The notes: a model not told the origin generated them from the sequence alone. A DNA stretch of 64,000 nucleotides from Eledone cirrhosa (GCA_964016885.1 OZ024746.1:1984001-2048000); one strand, 5' to 3'. Positions 40,856 through 55,672 are shown, counted from the stretch's first letter. Program-made: numbers and translations.

Positions 40856-40861
40856 CTAACC

Positions 40862-40899
<38 letters not shown>

Positions 40900-40927
40900 C
40901 TAACCATATGTATATATATATATATAT
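40558..40927. repeat. (TA)n microsatellites and compound cacacctaaccatatg(ta)n repeat
   Basis: Direct inspection; four cacctaaccata units. Confidence 0.9.
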
Positions 40928-43100
40928 CTGTGTGTGTGTATGTCAGTATGTAAGTGTCTGGTGATCCTGTGAATACACGGGTGAAGCTCTAGAGTAACAA
41001 TGAAGATTATTAAACCCTATTTTAGTATTGAGTACTTATTCTCGCGTCCTTCAACATCACACACACAATATATATATATATATATATGTGTGTACACATA
41101 TATATACCCCGATAGTAACAAATCAATATAGCAATAAATCCACATCAAAAGGTAATATTGCAGGTAATTTAATTCCAAACTTTAACAGTCAGCTGTTATA
41201 ATATTCTATTAAATGTTAACTCTATATAATACTCCTCCAGAAGTAGCTGGAACATCGATTATTTATTTCAATTATCTTAAAACGTTGCTAAAGAATAAAT
41301 CATATTTTTCAAACCCTTGATTTATAATATTCAGCAATTTTGATATCTTAGAAAGAATGACATTATAACTTATTGATTTTGTTAAGAAAAACTGAATATA
41401 CCGACTATTTAGATCACATGTGCAGAGATTCAATATTATTATTATCATTGTGTGGAAGATAAGTCGGCCCCAGATGTGGACGATAAAAATGATTACACAC
41501 CCATATATATATACACACAAATACATATGTACATATATACACACAAATACATATGTAGATATATACACATATAACTACAAATGTACATATATATATATAT
41601 AACTACAAATGTACATATATATATACAAATATGTATGTACACACATATATATACACACACAAATACATATGTACATATATACAAATACGTATATACATAT
41701 ATACGTTTATGGATGTATATATAGAATCAAAAACATACACATCTAACCAATTATACATACATGTTCGTAATCGCAAAAAAACAAAACACGAATCTATATT
41801 GAACAGAATCTAAAAAGATGTCTTTAAAATTTTGTAAAGTAGTATATAGAAAATATTAATTTAAAAAGAACCAAATCCTAAATAAAGAAACAAATCTATA
41901 GTTTTGCAAAAAGGAAGCCATTTCATGTAACAGAAATTTTGGAAGCTTCAATAACAGAAAGTTATCATAAATAAATGTGTCTAAATATATATATATTATA
42001 TATAGAGAGAGTTACTGTCTAGACTTAACACGTTTACACCAGCACACTCAGTTATATATAAATTTCATGTTGCAACCGTTGTTGTAGAATATTTAAAGTT
42101 AACCATGTGTTATCACGAAGGCATAACATTTCGAAATGAATTGACTAATTGGGGCATCTTGCTGTTATTCAATTATAATCAATACATAATTTTAGCAAAA
42201 CTTAGCGTAAATACAAAGTGATTCTCTCTTAGTTTGCTTTTAATATAACAGAAAAAAAGTGTGACTTGAAAAAGTGATGCTAAAATAAGTCAGAGAAAGT
42301 ATGTCTTCCCGACTGTTAACAATTAACACTATCGAAGCCAAATTCATCCATCATAAATGGTGAACGGGCTTTTCACTTAACAACGGCTTAGAATTGGACC
42401 TTTATTCTTATCGTATATCAATCATAAAGATATATAACAGGAATATATTCTCTTGTCTATACATATACTAAAGAATAAAATGTTAGAATTATTAAAAGCT
42501 TTAAAAAAAAAACCCAGGAATTTAAGCCACATGAGAGCTAAATATAGAGAAAAAGTGACGTAAATAAACAACTTCCTTTCTTTATAACATCCGGAAAATT
42601 TTTATAAATTTATTCCATCTTAAGAGGATTCTAAGTATCCTAACTTTATTTAGAATTAATACAAGAATGGATTTCGATTCTATTATGTTGACTTAGATTC
42701 CTTATTGAGACGAAACTTTTAAATGTGGTTTTACATAGAACTGGTTAGAAATTATAAATCAGTCAAACGTTAGCATCTTTTAATTCTTTAAAACTTGTGA
42801 TGAAAATTATGTATTTATATATACATATATATGTTTTAATTTATGTAGTGAAATAAAACTTGGGCATAATTGAAGATTCCAAAGTAATTATTGAAAATCT
42901 GTAAAAAGTTTTAAAATGGAAATAATCTACAGAAATAATATACAATGGTTTAGATACTTTTGCCGCTAAATAGTCCGTAGTAGGGGAGTAACAGAAAAAA
43001 TAATTATAATTTAAATGTTGACAAGAGAATACAAGTAAAAGTTCTTTTTTATTTAAATCAATATAATGGCATATGGAGAGAAAGAATAAATGTGACTTAC

Positions 43101-43755
43101 GTTTACACTTGAGGCACTGTTTATAGGCTCCCCATATGAAGTCTCCACATTTGTCACACCAAGTAGGATTAGAACGAAACTCCAAGACAAAATCATGTCC
43201 AACTCCAAGCCGTAATTCTCCTTGACTCAACAGAGCCATTTCAATCTGCTCTTGATAAACAACCACGGCATCGGAATTAGGAGAGTTTGGGTGAGTGTCT
43301 TGTTCAGCCCAATGACTGTGGTGACGATGGTTACTACTGTGGTGGAGATGAACGTTGTCGTTCCGTTTCTTCTCATTTGGCGTCAGACTTCCTCCTACTC
43401 CGCAGCGACCTTCTCCTCCACCTGCCACTATTGCTCCTTCTCTACGCCTGTTGAACGGTTGCGAGAAACCAAACCCCTGGAACATGTTGTCAATATTTGT
43501 TTGGAAACGAGCCCATTTCTTTTTCATGACGTCCACCATATCCGATGATGTGTTATTATTCTCGTTGCTGCCACTGTTTACTGGGTTAAGAGACCTTGTC
43601 AAATTGTTTTGAAAATGATTATTGTTGTATGCGTCATTTTCATCTGGAGTTGTGGCCCCCGTCGGACCACCGCAATATCCAGTACCACCACCAGAACTTT
43701 CTACAGATCCGTCTATACCTCGAAAATAAAATTGCTCTAGGAATTCACGAGCCAT
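43101..43755 (-). CDS. RASSF1: First coding exon of a RASSF1/RASSF5-like Ras association domain protein (N-terminal extension plus first part of the C1 zinc-binding domain)
   Basis: ORF from ATG 43755 encodes EQIEM...GVGHDF...PTWCDKCGDFIWGAYKQCLKCK, closely resembling recalled human RASSF1A ELIEL...GRGHRF...HTWCDLCGDFIWG...LQCAH. It ends at a canonical donor AAAC|GTAAGT (43101|43100), phase 1, 655 nt. The RA and SARAH domains are not in the window, so orthology rests on the C1 motif only. Confidence 0.8.
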
Positions 43756-46700
43756 GATTAATTAATATAACACTTTTTTTTTCTTATATTCTTTACTTTC
43801 TTTGTTTTTTAATTAAAGAGTATCGAAATCAGAAAATTAAAAGAAAGTTAATATAATGAATCTCCTTGTAAAGGCATTTTTTATTCGTCCTTTGCACTGA
43901 CTGTAATTTACAAAATATATATTAAGAGACTTAACTATTTCAAACAGTTTTTTTTCTTGATTGTTTGATCTTTTCTATGTTAATAAACTAAAACTTGCGA
44001 TTATATTCTATAACCACTAATTGCGAGAACCAAAAACATCACAACATGAGGTTTTCATTAATTATTATTCTAGTTTCGTCTGGGTCATATGTCACATCGT
44101 CTGAAAAAGAAAAATTCCATAAGTAAAGAAAACACGACAAACAACATATTCTATTTTTGTTGTCTGTAGATATGTTGATTACAAATGACATTCCGATTTT
44201 AAACTATTAAGAAATATTAATGACAATTTCAAGTTTTATAACCAATATAGAAAACTGTAACAAACACACTATATATAAAGAGAGGGGTAACTAGTGTATG
44301 ACAAGCATAACATGTGCCAGGGGGAGGTGCTTGGACTAGGAGTAGTTTCTAGTCAGATAAGCTATCATCGGAGAATGAAAAAAGAAACTTCTTCAGATGT
44401 AGGATCTGTCTTTGATTATCATGGGTGAGAAGCACTATGGTGGCTGGATCATTAAACGATTTATATAAATTATCAGGCCCTTAGGTAAAAATACAGTGCT
44501 GGTTATCTTAAAGATGGGTATCAAATGTTTGTGCAGCGGCGTAATTTCACTGCTTGCCATAGGGGCGATTTTCTTAGTTACGTCTCGGGATGTATAGGTA
44601 TGTAGAGAAAGAGGGAGGACGCCCCTGTGGGGTCGCTTTCAAATTACACCCAAACATCTTCCAAAAAGGAAGAACACACTGGGTAATGTGGTCCTAAATA
44701 TGCCTTAAAAGACAGAAATGTCTATATATGCATACATATATTTATAGTAGTAAAATAGTAATAAATACAAAGACCAAAATTGTATATATATATATTAATA
44801 AAAGGAATTCCAACTTTGTCTGATTTACTCGTTTTATTTACAATCCTTTAAAATTATAATGATATTATAATGAAATAGTATGGTAGAGTGTTAAATGTTA
44901 ATTGAACAAGTACTTTCATGCTTTCGCAATCTTCAGGTTCATATTCTGTGGTGACAGTCAAGTTTGCAATTTTCGACTGTGTATATATATATATATATAC
45001 ACACACACATGTACATATACACACATACCTATACATACATACGTGAAATCCCGAAGGGGAGAAAATGTACTTTGTGAGAAAATGTGGAGAAAATGTACTT
45101 TGTGAGAAAATGTGAACTATAACTATTTTTTTAAAGTATTTTTTTTACTTTCGTTAAATATCAGTTGTCGGATGATCTATGTATGGTATAAACGTTTTAT
45201 TAAAGTAAATAACTGCTTAGTGCTTTTTATAGTGATTTAACTTCAAAATACCAATCTGCAAAGGAATATACGAGAAAAAGTAGGTTTATAATTTTAATAA
45301 GTTTCATGTATAATTATTTGTAATCTAGAAGAATGACAGATTATTAAGGTTGAAATGAATAGACAAGTGAGGACTGTTATTATCATAAGGTTTAAATAGG
45401 ACAGTTAGGTGGATAAAGTAAATAATTAAAACAAATCACTACTATGAAGTCATAGAAGGATTACCTCATCACTTAATAAACATTAACTATAACGAAGACC
45501 TTGACAAATATTTGGTGAAATAATACAGGTAACCGGTTGAAGAACTTCATTAACATCATAAAATATGATAAAAACCCAATAGATGTAATTATATGATAAA
45601 ACCTATAGATGTAAGAAAATGAAGAATTATTTAAAATTAGCTTAGAGTGGTGAGCTTTTGTATAGCTCCTACCACCACGAACATATACACACCTTTCTTA
45701 AAATAGTAATCTGTCTGCTACAGACATAATGGAATTTTATACGGGAAAATAATTAGTCCGAACTAGATATTTGTTTATTAAATGTCAGAATCAAGATAAC
45801 ATTGATATATGCATTATTATATTAATTATAACAATACAAAAGACAGGTTCAATTGAAAGTAGAATGTCTTGATGACAATTCATTTTTCTTGTAATAATCA
45901 CAGTACAATTTTATTTGTAATTTACATATTAAAAAGGAAATCTTTTATCGGCTTATTTATTTCAAAGACCAAATATAACAAGAGGACAGATCGAAATATA
46001 GTATTATGAGGTAAGATGATACGAGGTGGCGAATATTAAAAATACTCAGCTGTTGCTTTAAAGGCAATAGAAAATTAGTCGGTCATCCTGTGTATGTGAA
46101 GTGGTCCTTTAAAATGATTAAAAGACATATGTCAAGTCACATTTTTTTATCTTCAAACACTAACATCCAAAATTATGTGACAACTGTTGGTTCAGATATT
46201 CTGAATGAAACACTCAAGCAGCTTATAGTAGTCGCATATCCAAGATTTTACATGTGTGAGTAAAAAATATAGCGGCTGAAAATTAATAAAAATATGTCAA
46301 AATTCCTCAAGGTTATAATTTTGTAATACATACCTTATTTTACATAATAACTCCTAATTCCCCCAATCTTGGGGGATCTGTTCTTCATTGGCAAAATATG
46401 TAAAGGATGCGTATCCTTAAGTTGAAATATGTACTGAATGGAAAATGTAATGAAATAGATTCACATCAAGATCGGGATATTTTGATAACTAAATACTTAA
46501 AACGAAATGTTGGTTTTGTAAACGTGTGTTACGTTTAACTAAGTTTAGTCCCACTTAACAGACGTCGCTCATTAGCATTGGTACGCCATCACACTTGAGA
46601 CACGATTAAAGCTGCTGCTACTGGCTTCTCGTTGCTTTCCTCGCACTCCAACTCGAGTTGGTTCTTACATGTCAACACACACCACATACTAAACACAACA

Positions 46701-46922
46701 GCACTATCATCCTATAGAGAGAAGAAGCTGCAACTCACTTATTTTGTACTACCTCCTACTACTACTAATGTCAAACATCGATTTTGAGTAAATCTCTCAT
46801 CAATTACCTTCCTCAATTTATCTGAAGCTTCAAGCAACTTTATCTCTCACTTTTCTTTAAAAATTAAACATTGCCATCTTTCATTTGTCTCTCTCTCGTA
46901 TATATATATATATATATATATA

Positions 46923-47118
46923 TGGGTGAAGAAATGCCAGGAAATCCCAGTGGAAGGAAGCCACAATAGAGGATGTCTAAGAAAGTCCTGGGCAGAGATT
47001 GTGAAAGCGAACCTCAAATTACTAAGACTGGCAGAGATGACGACGGATCGTGACAAGTTGGGAGATGCCGTGTTGAGAAGGACCCGTCCAACCCACACAA
47101 GCATGAAAAAGCGGATGA
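46923..47118 (+). mobile_element. RTE LINE 3' end fragment
   Basis: WVKKCQEIPVEG..RG..RKSWAEIVKANLKLLRLAEMTTDRDK. Homologous to 56931-57155. Confidence 0.85.
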
Positions 47119-47253
47119 TATATGTGCGTGTGTGTATGTATGTATGTATATTGTTGACGGATAAGAGAAAGGAGTACTCAATACCGAAAATGACCCTGCG
47201 ATAAACAGGCAAAACTCCAGTATAACAAGACTCACTATTTATCCTTAATAAAA

Positions 47254-47347
<94 letters not shown>

Positions 47348-47948
47348 AATCAGTTGAGTAGGCACAAAATAACTGAAAGCAACAGTAGGTAAGTAAAAGC
47401 ACAAATAAAAATTTGGTAAAATTAATAGTTAAATATTATATATAAATATTTGGAGATTATACTCCTTAAAACACATTCACTTTTTTATTTTGTTATATTT
47501 TTACGATGTTTTTCTTTCCTTTTAATTTCAATTAAGATAATGGTTTCTTTATTTCAATTAGGATAATGAAAACTAAACCTTTATTAAGTTTATTTTAAAG
47601 TGAATCTTTCAAAAATTGATCGCGTTTCCCTTTCCCATTTATCAAGAACAGAACAAATTTTAAAATAATAAGTTTATAGTTCCTTAGTGCTGCCTCCATG
47701 CCCACCCCACTCCCAATCTTGGCAAAGTTTTCACTTTGGAGAATTGCGGAATCTATTACAATTTAATGGGTCAATGTTAGATGGTTGGTAGATTAGCGAA
47801 AGAGTTTTGAAAACCAAAATAAGACTTACAGTCAACCATACCTAATAAAGCCAGAGTGTGAATTAGCTGCCATTTAAGATAAAAACTACTTCTTTAACAT
47901 CAATATCAGTGTGTCATCACCTAAACATTTCTTAGATAACATACACAC

Positions 47949-48004
<56 letters not shown>

Positions 48005-48525
48005 GTGTGTATGTTATCTATATATATATATACACACATGCACACACACACACACACATGCACACACATACATGCACTCACGCATACACATATATATATC
48101 ATCATTTAACATATGCTTTCCCTAGTAGTAAGGGTTGGACATAACTATATATTAGTAATTGCAGTACCAGTTTTATATATATAGAGAGAGAGATATATAT
48201 ATAGAGAGAGAGATAGTAAATTCAACTGGAAAATCCTGTTGAGGTGAAACACATGTTCTGAAGTATAGTGTGGTAATTAACTCTATACCTAGTCGTTTGG
48301 ACTGAATATTCACCAACTTTGGATATAATCTTCTGACCTTTCATTCACTACTATATATATATATATATAAAATATATGGAACTTCTTTAACCATTTTTTA
48401 ATTTCTTCTTTAATATATACTCCAGTTCTACCAACTGTTGAGTGCTACTTTTCTGATATATGCATAGTTTTATTGTTCTACAATATTACTCACCTTCTAC
48501 ATATACTGTATATATATATATATAT

Positions 48526-49258
48526 CTAAGGCGGGTAAAATTCTCGAGATCCATGGACGAGCTCTCTCCAGCGGTCTCTGTCCCTCATTATCGCTGCCAT
48601 GTCCTGCATCTCCAACAGACCAGTGTCTGTCCTTAGGGCATCAATATATGTTAACTTTTGTCTTCCTCTTCCAGTGTGTCCATGTAGGGGCTCCCACAGG
48701 AGCACTGAGTGCAGTGTCAACTCTGGATGTCGGTGAGTATGTCCAGCTAACCTCAGTCTCCTCTGTGTGATTTTTTAGCTGACTTTTGGGAGGCTCCCAT
48801 ACAGCTCTGAGTTCTTCATCCTCAGTGTATACTGATTAATGTTCAGAACCATCCTCAGCATTCTCGTGTAGCACCCATCCACCATCAGAGTGAGTTTCAT
48901 GGTCAGTGTTCAAGTCTAAGACCCGTACAGCAGCACAGACTCCACTACAGCAACGAAGAGGCGGATCTTCAGGTCTTTATGAAGGTCTGACTTCCACAAC
49001 AATCTCAAACTGTGGCACGCCACCCAGGCTTTGCTCTTCCTCTCGACCACACATCTTCCGTATTCCCAATCTTTGCTCCCAAATACAGGAAGTCCTCAAC
49101 CAATTCTAGTGGCTTCCCGCCTACATTAGTAATCTTTTCTGGCTTCTTAATATTCTCTACCAGATATTTTGTCTTAATCTCATTCATTCTCAGCCCCACA
49201 CTCATCGAAACAGTTTCCACCTCTTGCATCAAATCCTCTGCCTCCTTCACTGTGTTTG
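48526..49258 (-). mobile_element. RTE-group LINE, post-YADD 3' part
   Basis: SNTVKEAEDLMQEVE..VGLRMNEIKTKYL..ELVEDFLYLG; GCYTRMLRMVLNI; RRLRLAGH; LLWEP.HG..GRGR..LTYID.L..DTGL..DRDRWR. Confidence 0.88.
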
Positions 49259-49590
49259 AGGAAGGAGAATGTGGAGGTGATGAGGGAAGAACTCTGTACC
49301 GCTTACAGTGAGGCCAGAGAGCAGCCACTGATAGAGATCAGAAGTGTGGAGAGAGCAGTTGGCAGGTTTGGATGTAAGGAGAGCTGGATGATCATGAACG
49401 AGATCACAGGGAACAAGAGAAGGTGTTCTAGTCAGATCCAGGGAACAGGGCCCGAGGATAGGAAGGGGAAATGGCTGGTTCATTTTAGGACCCTAGTAGG
49501 AGAGCCGCCCTCCACAGCCCAGAACACTGGGGAGATCAGGCGGCTGTTTGAGGAACTGGATATTAAGACAGAGCCATTCACCAGAGAGTC
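49256..49590 (+). mobile_element. LINE ORF2 pre-RT segment, inverted relative to 48526-49258
   Basis: ESWMIMNEITG..QIQG...EDR..KW..HFRTLVGEPP...LDIKTEPFT resembles the linker upstream of RT in the same group. Confidence 0.65.
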
Positions 49591-49594
49591 AAGG

Positions 49595-50573
49595 AGGGCA
49601 AAGAATGCCACAGTACTGAAATATGCAGATGACATCAAGCTGTACCTTGAAATCAAAAGGACAGATCCTGAAATCTATAACTCTTTCCTACAATCAGACC
49701 TGGACACAATGCAGCAATGGATCACAGACTTGCAACTGAAGCTGGCTGTGGACAAGTGTACCACCATGCATTTTGGGAGGAAAATTCCAGCGTCCACATA
49801 CTCCCTCCACAACACTGATATCAAGAAGTCCTCTGGTGAACGTAACCTGGACATTACTGTCAGCAGCGATTTGCGTTGAACAAAGCACATCTCTAAAATT
49901 GTCAAAAAGGCCGAGGGTGTCTTGGCATCACTCAGCAAGACCTTTGTTAGTCGCTCTCCAGCCATCTATTTAAAGCTGTATATAGCTATGGTACAACCAC
50001 ACTTAGAATTCGCATCATCAGTCTGGAACCCCTATCTTGCTCAGAACCTTGACCTCCTGAAAACTGTTCAGAGACGTGCAACCAAACGAATACCCTCCAT
50101 CAGGCATCTACCATACTCTGAGCGCCTTGCTTCACTGGGCATGGATACATTGAAGCTCTGACGCCTGGCAACTGACTTGGTAAACACCCACAAAATTGTT
50201 AACCATCTTGCCAACAACAACCCTGAGTACCTTTTTGATTTCCATGTGTCTAACACACGTGGGCATGCCCACAAAGTCAGAAAAAAGTACAGTTCCCATG
50301 ACATTCGGAAACATTTTTTCACACTCAGAGTTGCTGAAGCATGGAACAAACTACCTGCATTGGTTGTTAGCTGTCGAGACACTGCATCCTTTAAGGCCTC
50401 CATGCTTCCCGAGATTCGCCCACACTACACCTAATGTACCCCCCTCCATACACATACACACATGTATATCATGACTCAAACACTATTCACTTCCCTGACA
50501 TTTGTATATTATTCTATGTACTATACATGCACCTTTGACGAGTTGTAGTGCACCTGAGCACTTTACACAATAA

Positions 50574-50617
<44 letters not shown>
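49595..50617 (+). mobile_element. CR1-group LINE 3' fragment
   Basis: KYADDIKLY..LQSDLD..W..QLKL..DKC..MHFG; LKLY..MVQPHLEF..SVWNPY..L..VQRRATK; NTRGH..K..RKHFF..RV..AWNKLP; (TTA)n tail at 50575-50617. Confidence 0.92.
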
Positions 50618-50620
<3 letters not shown>

Positions 50621-50946
50621 CTCCCTTTCTTTGTTTTTAGTATCATCTCTCTATCCTTTCTTTCTCTCCTCTATTAAGCTCTCTCTCTCTCATTTGCTTA
50701 TTCTCTAATACGAATGTTTACATATTTAATTATTTAAATTTTTAACAGTTATGTACTTATATGTTTATATCTTTATTTATACTTATAGTATTATTCTATA
50801 CACGTTGTCCTACGCACCCTCTCAATTATATGTAGTTTGTCATGTTGCTACTTATGCTATATAAATATTGACTTTTGTCATAACTAATCACTGCCAAAAC
50901 TGGAATTAAAACCATCAGCACAGTTTAGGTATGTCAGACATCAATT

Positions 50947-51012
50947 TATTTTATCTGATGAGGACGTACTGATGAAACAGCACAGTACCTCTGAAATATA
51001 TATAATAAAATA
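50947..51012 (+). ncRNA. Minimal type I hammerhead ribozyme motif (Penelope-like pLTR)
   Basis: Stem I TATTTTAT/ATAAAATA, core CTGATGA, 10-bp stem II GGAcGTACTG/CAGTACcTCT, GAAA, palindromic TATATA, then TA cleavage site. Confidence 0.7.
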
Positions 51013-51053
51013 TATTTGATCATGTGAATGTCTATATTAATATTTTGAAATAA

Positions 51054-51111
<58 letters not shown>

Positions 51112-51224
51112 TATATATATATATATATATATATATACTATATATATTATATATATATATACTATATATATATACTACATATATATACTATATATATATA
51201 TACTATATACTATATATATATAAT

Positions 51225-51255
<31 letters not shown>

Positions 51256-51304
51256 GATATATATATATATATACTATATATATATATATACTATATATTT
51301 ATAC

Positions 51305-51343
<39 letters not shown>

Positions 51344-51346
51344 CTG

Positions 51347-51378
<32 letters not shown>

Positions 51379-51769
51379 CTATATATATATATATATATAT
51401 ATACTATATATATATATTTATATTATATATATATACTATATATATATATATATACTATATATATATATATATCTATATACTATATATATATATATATATA
51501 CTTTATATATATATATATATATACTATATAATATATTAACTATATATATATATATATATACTATATTTATTAATATTTTAATCTTCAATTTTATTTGGAT
51601 TTTAGTCTTCAAATTTATTATTATTACTATATATACTATATATATATACTATATATATATACTATATATATATACTATATATATATATTATATATATATA
51701 CTATATATATATACTATATACTATATATATATATATACTATATATATATATATACTATATATATATATA

Positions 51770-51807
<38 letters not shown>

Positions 51808-51943
51808 TATATATATATATATATATACGCTATATATGATATATATATACCCTATATATGATATATATATATATATATACATACGATATATATATATATC
51901 TATATATATATATGCGATATATATATATATATATATATGTGTG

Positions 51944-51976
<33 letters not shown>

Positions 51977-52056
51977 CGATATATATATATATATATACAT
52001 AATATATATACTTGATATATATATATATATACGATATATATATATATATATATATA

Positions 52057-52090
<34 letters not shown>

Positions 52091-52109
52091 GATATATATA
52101 TATATATAT

Positions 52110-52457
52110 CATCATTTCATCATCATCATCATTTTACGTCAGCTTTTCCCTGCTTGCAAGGGTGGGACGGGAACTGATTCTGGCTTGATTTCTACAGCTG
52201 GATGCCCTTCCTAACACCAACCTCATTTACAGTCAGTGCTGGGTGCTTTTTCGTGGCGCCTCCACGACCACTTTACAGTGGAATGATAGGGACTCCAGTC
52301 CCTATCATCTCATTTCTACAGCTGAGTAAACTGAAGGTATGTGAAATAAAGTGTCTTGCTCAAGGAAACAACACATCACCCGTCTGAGAATTGAACTCAC
52401 TACCTTTCGATTGCAAGGCCAATGCTCTAAGCTCTAACCACTAAGCCATGTGCCTCC
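52110..52457 (-). mobile_element. Full-length tRNA-derived SINE with RTE-derived tail
   Basis: Reverse complement of 59099-59452. Confidence 0.9.
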
Positions 52458-52468
52458 ATATATATATA

Positions 52469-52533
52469 GAATCGCTGCTTTCAGCCTTAACGGGATCTTC
52501 TGAAACTAACAAAGTCAATCTGTAAACGCAGAA

Positions 52534-52534
<1 letters not shown>
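52469..52534 (-). mobile_element. Fragment of the 31336-32218 Helitron internal repeat
   Basis: Reverse complement of ttctgcgttcacagat...tttcagaagatcccgttaagggtgaaagcagcgattc. Confidence 0.75.
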
Positions 52535-52598
<64 letters not shown>

Positions 52599-52599
52599 G

Positions 52600-52637
<38 letters not shown>

Positions 52638-52658
52638 CGATATATATATATATATATA

Positions 52659-52696
<38 letters not shown>

Positions 52697-52779
52697 TATA
52701 TATATATATATATATATCGTATATATATATATATATATATATACACGATATATATAATATATATCTATATATATATATA

Positions 52780-52837
<58 letters not shown>

Positions 52838-52859
52838 GATATATATATATATATATATA

Positions 52860-52937
<78 letters not shown>

Positions 52938-53040
52938 AATATAGTATATATATATATAGTATATATATATATATATAGTGTATATATATATGTATATATA
53001 TATATATATATATATAGTATATATGTATATATATATATAG

Positions 53041-53074
<34 letters not shown>

Positions 53075-53151
53075 GTATATATATATATATGGATTTTAGT
53101 CTTCAAATTTATTATTATTACTATATATATATATATGTATATATATGTATA

Positions 53152-53259
<108 letters not shown>

Positions 53260-53312
53260 GTATATATATATAGTTTATATATATCTATATCTATAGAGTA
53301 TATATATATATA

Positions 53313-53354
<42 letters not shown>

Positions 53355-53381
53355 TATATATATATATATATATAGTATATA

Positions 53382-53485
<104 letters not shown>

Positions 53486-53504
53486 TATATACTATATATA
53501 TAGA

Positions 53505-53535
<31 letters not shown>

Positions 53536-53727
53536 ATATATAGTATATATATATATATATATAGATATAGTATATATATATATAGTATATATATATATAG
53601 TGTATATATATAGTGTATATATATATATATATATAGTGTGTATATATAGTGTATATATATATATATATAGTATATATATATAGTATATATATATAGTATA
53701 TATATATATATATTATATATATGTATG

Positions 53728-53759
<32 letters not shown>

Positions 53760-53812
53760 GTATATATATATAGTTTATATATATCTATATCTATAGAGTA
53801 TATATATATATA

Positions 53813-53852
<40 letters not shown>

Positions 53853-53874
53853 TATATATATATATATATATATA

Positions 53875-53937
<63 letters not shown>

Positions 53938-53954
53938 TATACTATATATATAGA

Positions 53955-53985
<31 letters not shown>

Positions 53986-54338
53986 ATATATAGTATATAT
54001 ATATATATATATAGATATAGTATATATATATATATATATATATATAGTATATATATAGATATAGTTTATATATATACATAGTATATATAGTTTATATATA
54101 TATATATAGTATATATATATATATAAATATATAGTTTATATATATATATATATATAGTATATATATATAGTTTATATATATCTATATCTATATATAGTAT
54201 ATATATATATATATATAAACTATATATTTATATATATATATATATACAATATATATTTATATATATATACTATATATATATATATAAACTATATATTTAT
54301 ATATATATATATATACAATATATATATATATATATATA

Positions 54339-54420
<82 letters not shown>

Positions 54421-54500
54421 TATATATATATCTATATCTTTATCTATATATATATATCTATATCTTTATCTATATATATATATATATATATCTATCTATA

Positions 54501-54543
<43 letters not shown>

Positions 54544-54606
54544 TCTATATATATATATACTCTATAGATATATATAAACTATATATATATACTATATATA
54601 TATATC

Positions 54607-54698
<92 letters not shown>

Positions 54699-54877
54699 CT
54701 ATATATATATACATATATATACTATATATATATACATATATATACTATATATATATATATATATATACTATATATATATATATACTATATATATATATAT
54801 ATATATATATACTATATATATATATATACTATATATAGATATATATATACACTATTTATATACACTATATATATATA

Positions 54878-54919
<42 letters not shown>

Positions 54920-55085
54920 TATATATATATATATATATACATATATATACTATATATATATATATATATACATATATATACATATAAAATATATATATAT
55001 ATATATATAGTAATAATAATAAATTTGAAGACTAAAATCCATATATATAAATATATATACTATATATATATACATATATACTCTC

Positions 55086-55148
<63 letters not shown>

Positions 55149-55506
55149 CTATATATATATATACATATATATACTATATATATATACTATATATATATAC
55201 TATATACATATATATACACTATATATATATATATATATACACTATATATATATATATATACTATATATATATATATACTATATATATATACTATATATAC
55301 TATATATATATATATATACTATATATACTATATATATATACTATATATACTATATACTATATATACTATAAATATATATACTATATATACTATATATACT
55401 ATATATACCATATATATACTATATTTATTAATATTTTAGTCTCCAACTTTATTTGGATTTTAGTCTTCAAATTTATTATTATTACTATATATAGTATATA
55501 TATATA

Positions 55507-55542
<36 letters not shown>

Positions 55543-55630
55543 TATAAATATATATATACTATAAATATATATATATATACAATATATATACTATAAATAT
55601 ATATATATACTATATATATATATATATATA

Positions 55631-55672
<42 letters not shown>

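Larger units (their letters stand above)
1..43100 (-). other. Putative intron 1 of the RASSF1-like gene (>43 kb)
   Basis: Begins GTAAGT at 43100. A manual search for the expected exon 2 (C-x-[FY]-T-C-H-x-x-C) after an AG found nothing. The region is repeat-filled and CpG-poor. Confidence 0.6.

Noticed and set aside
40966-40992. Hairpin plus CTAG resembling a Helitron 3' end
   Set aside because: No matching 5' terminus nearby, and it is not followed by the expected T.
42841-43100. C-terminal ~86 aa of the 304-aa ORF
   Set aside because: Read-through past the GTAAGT donor into AT-rich intron; the C1 motif stops at the donor.
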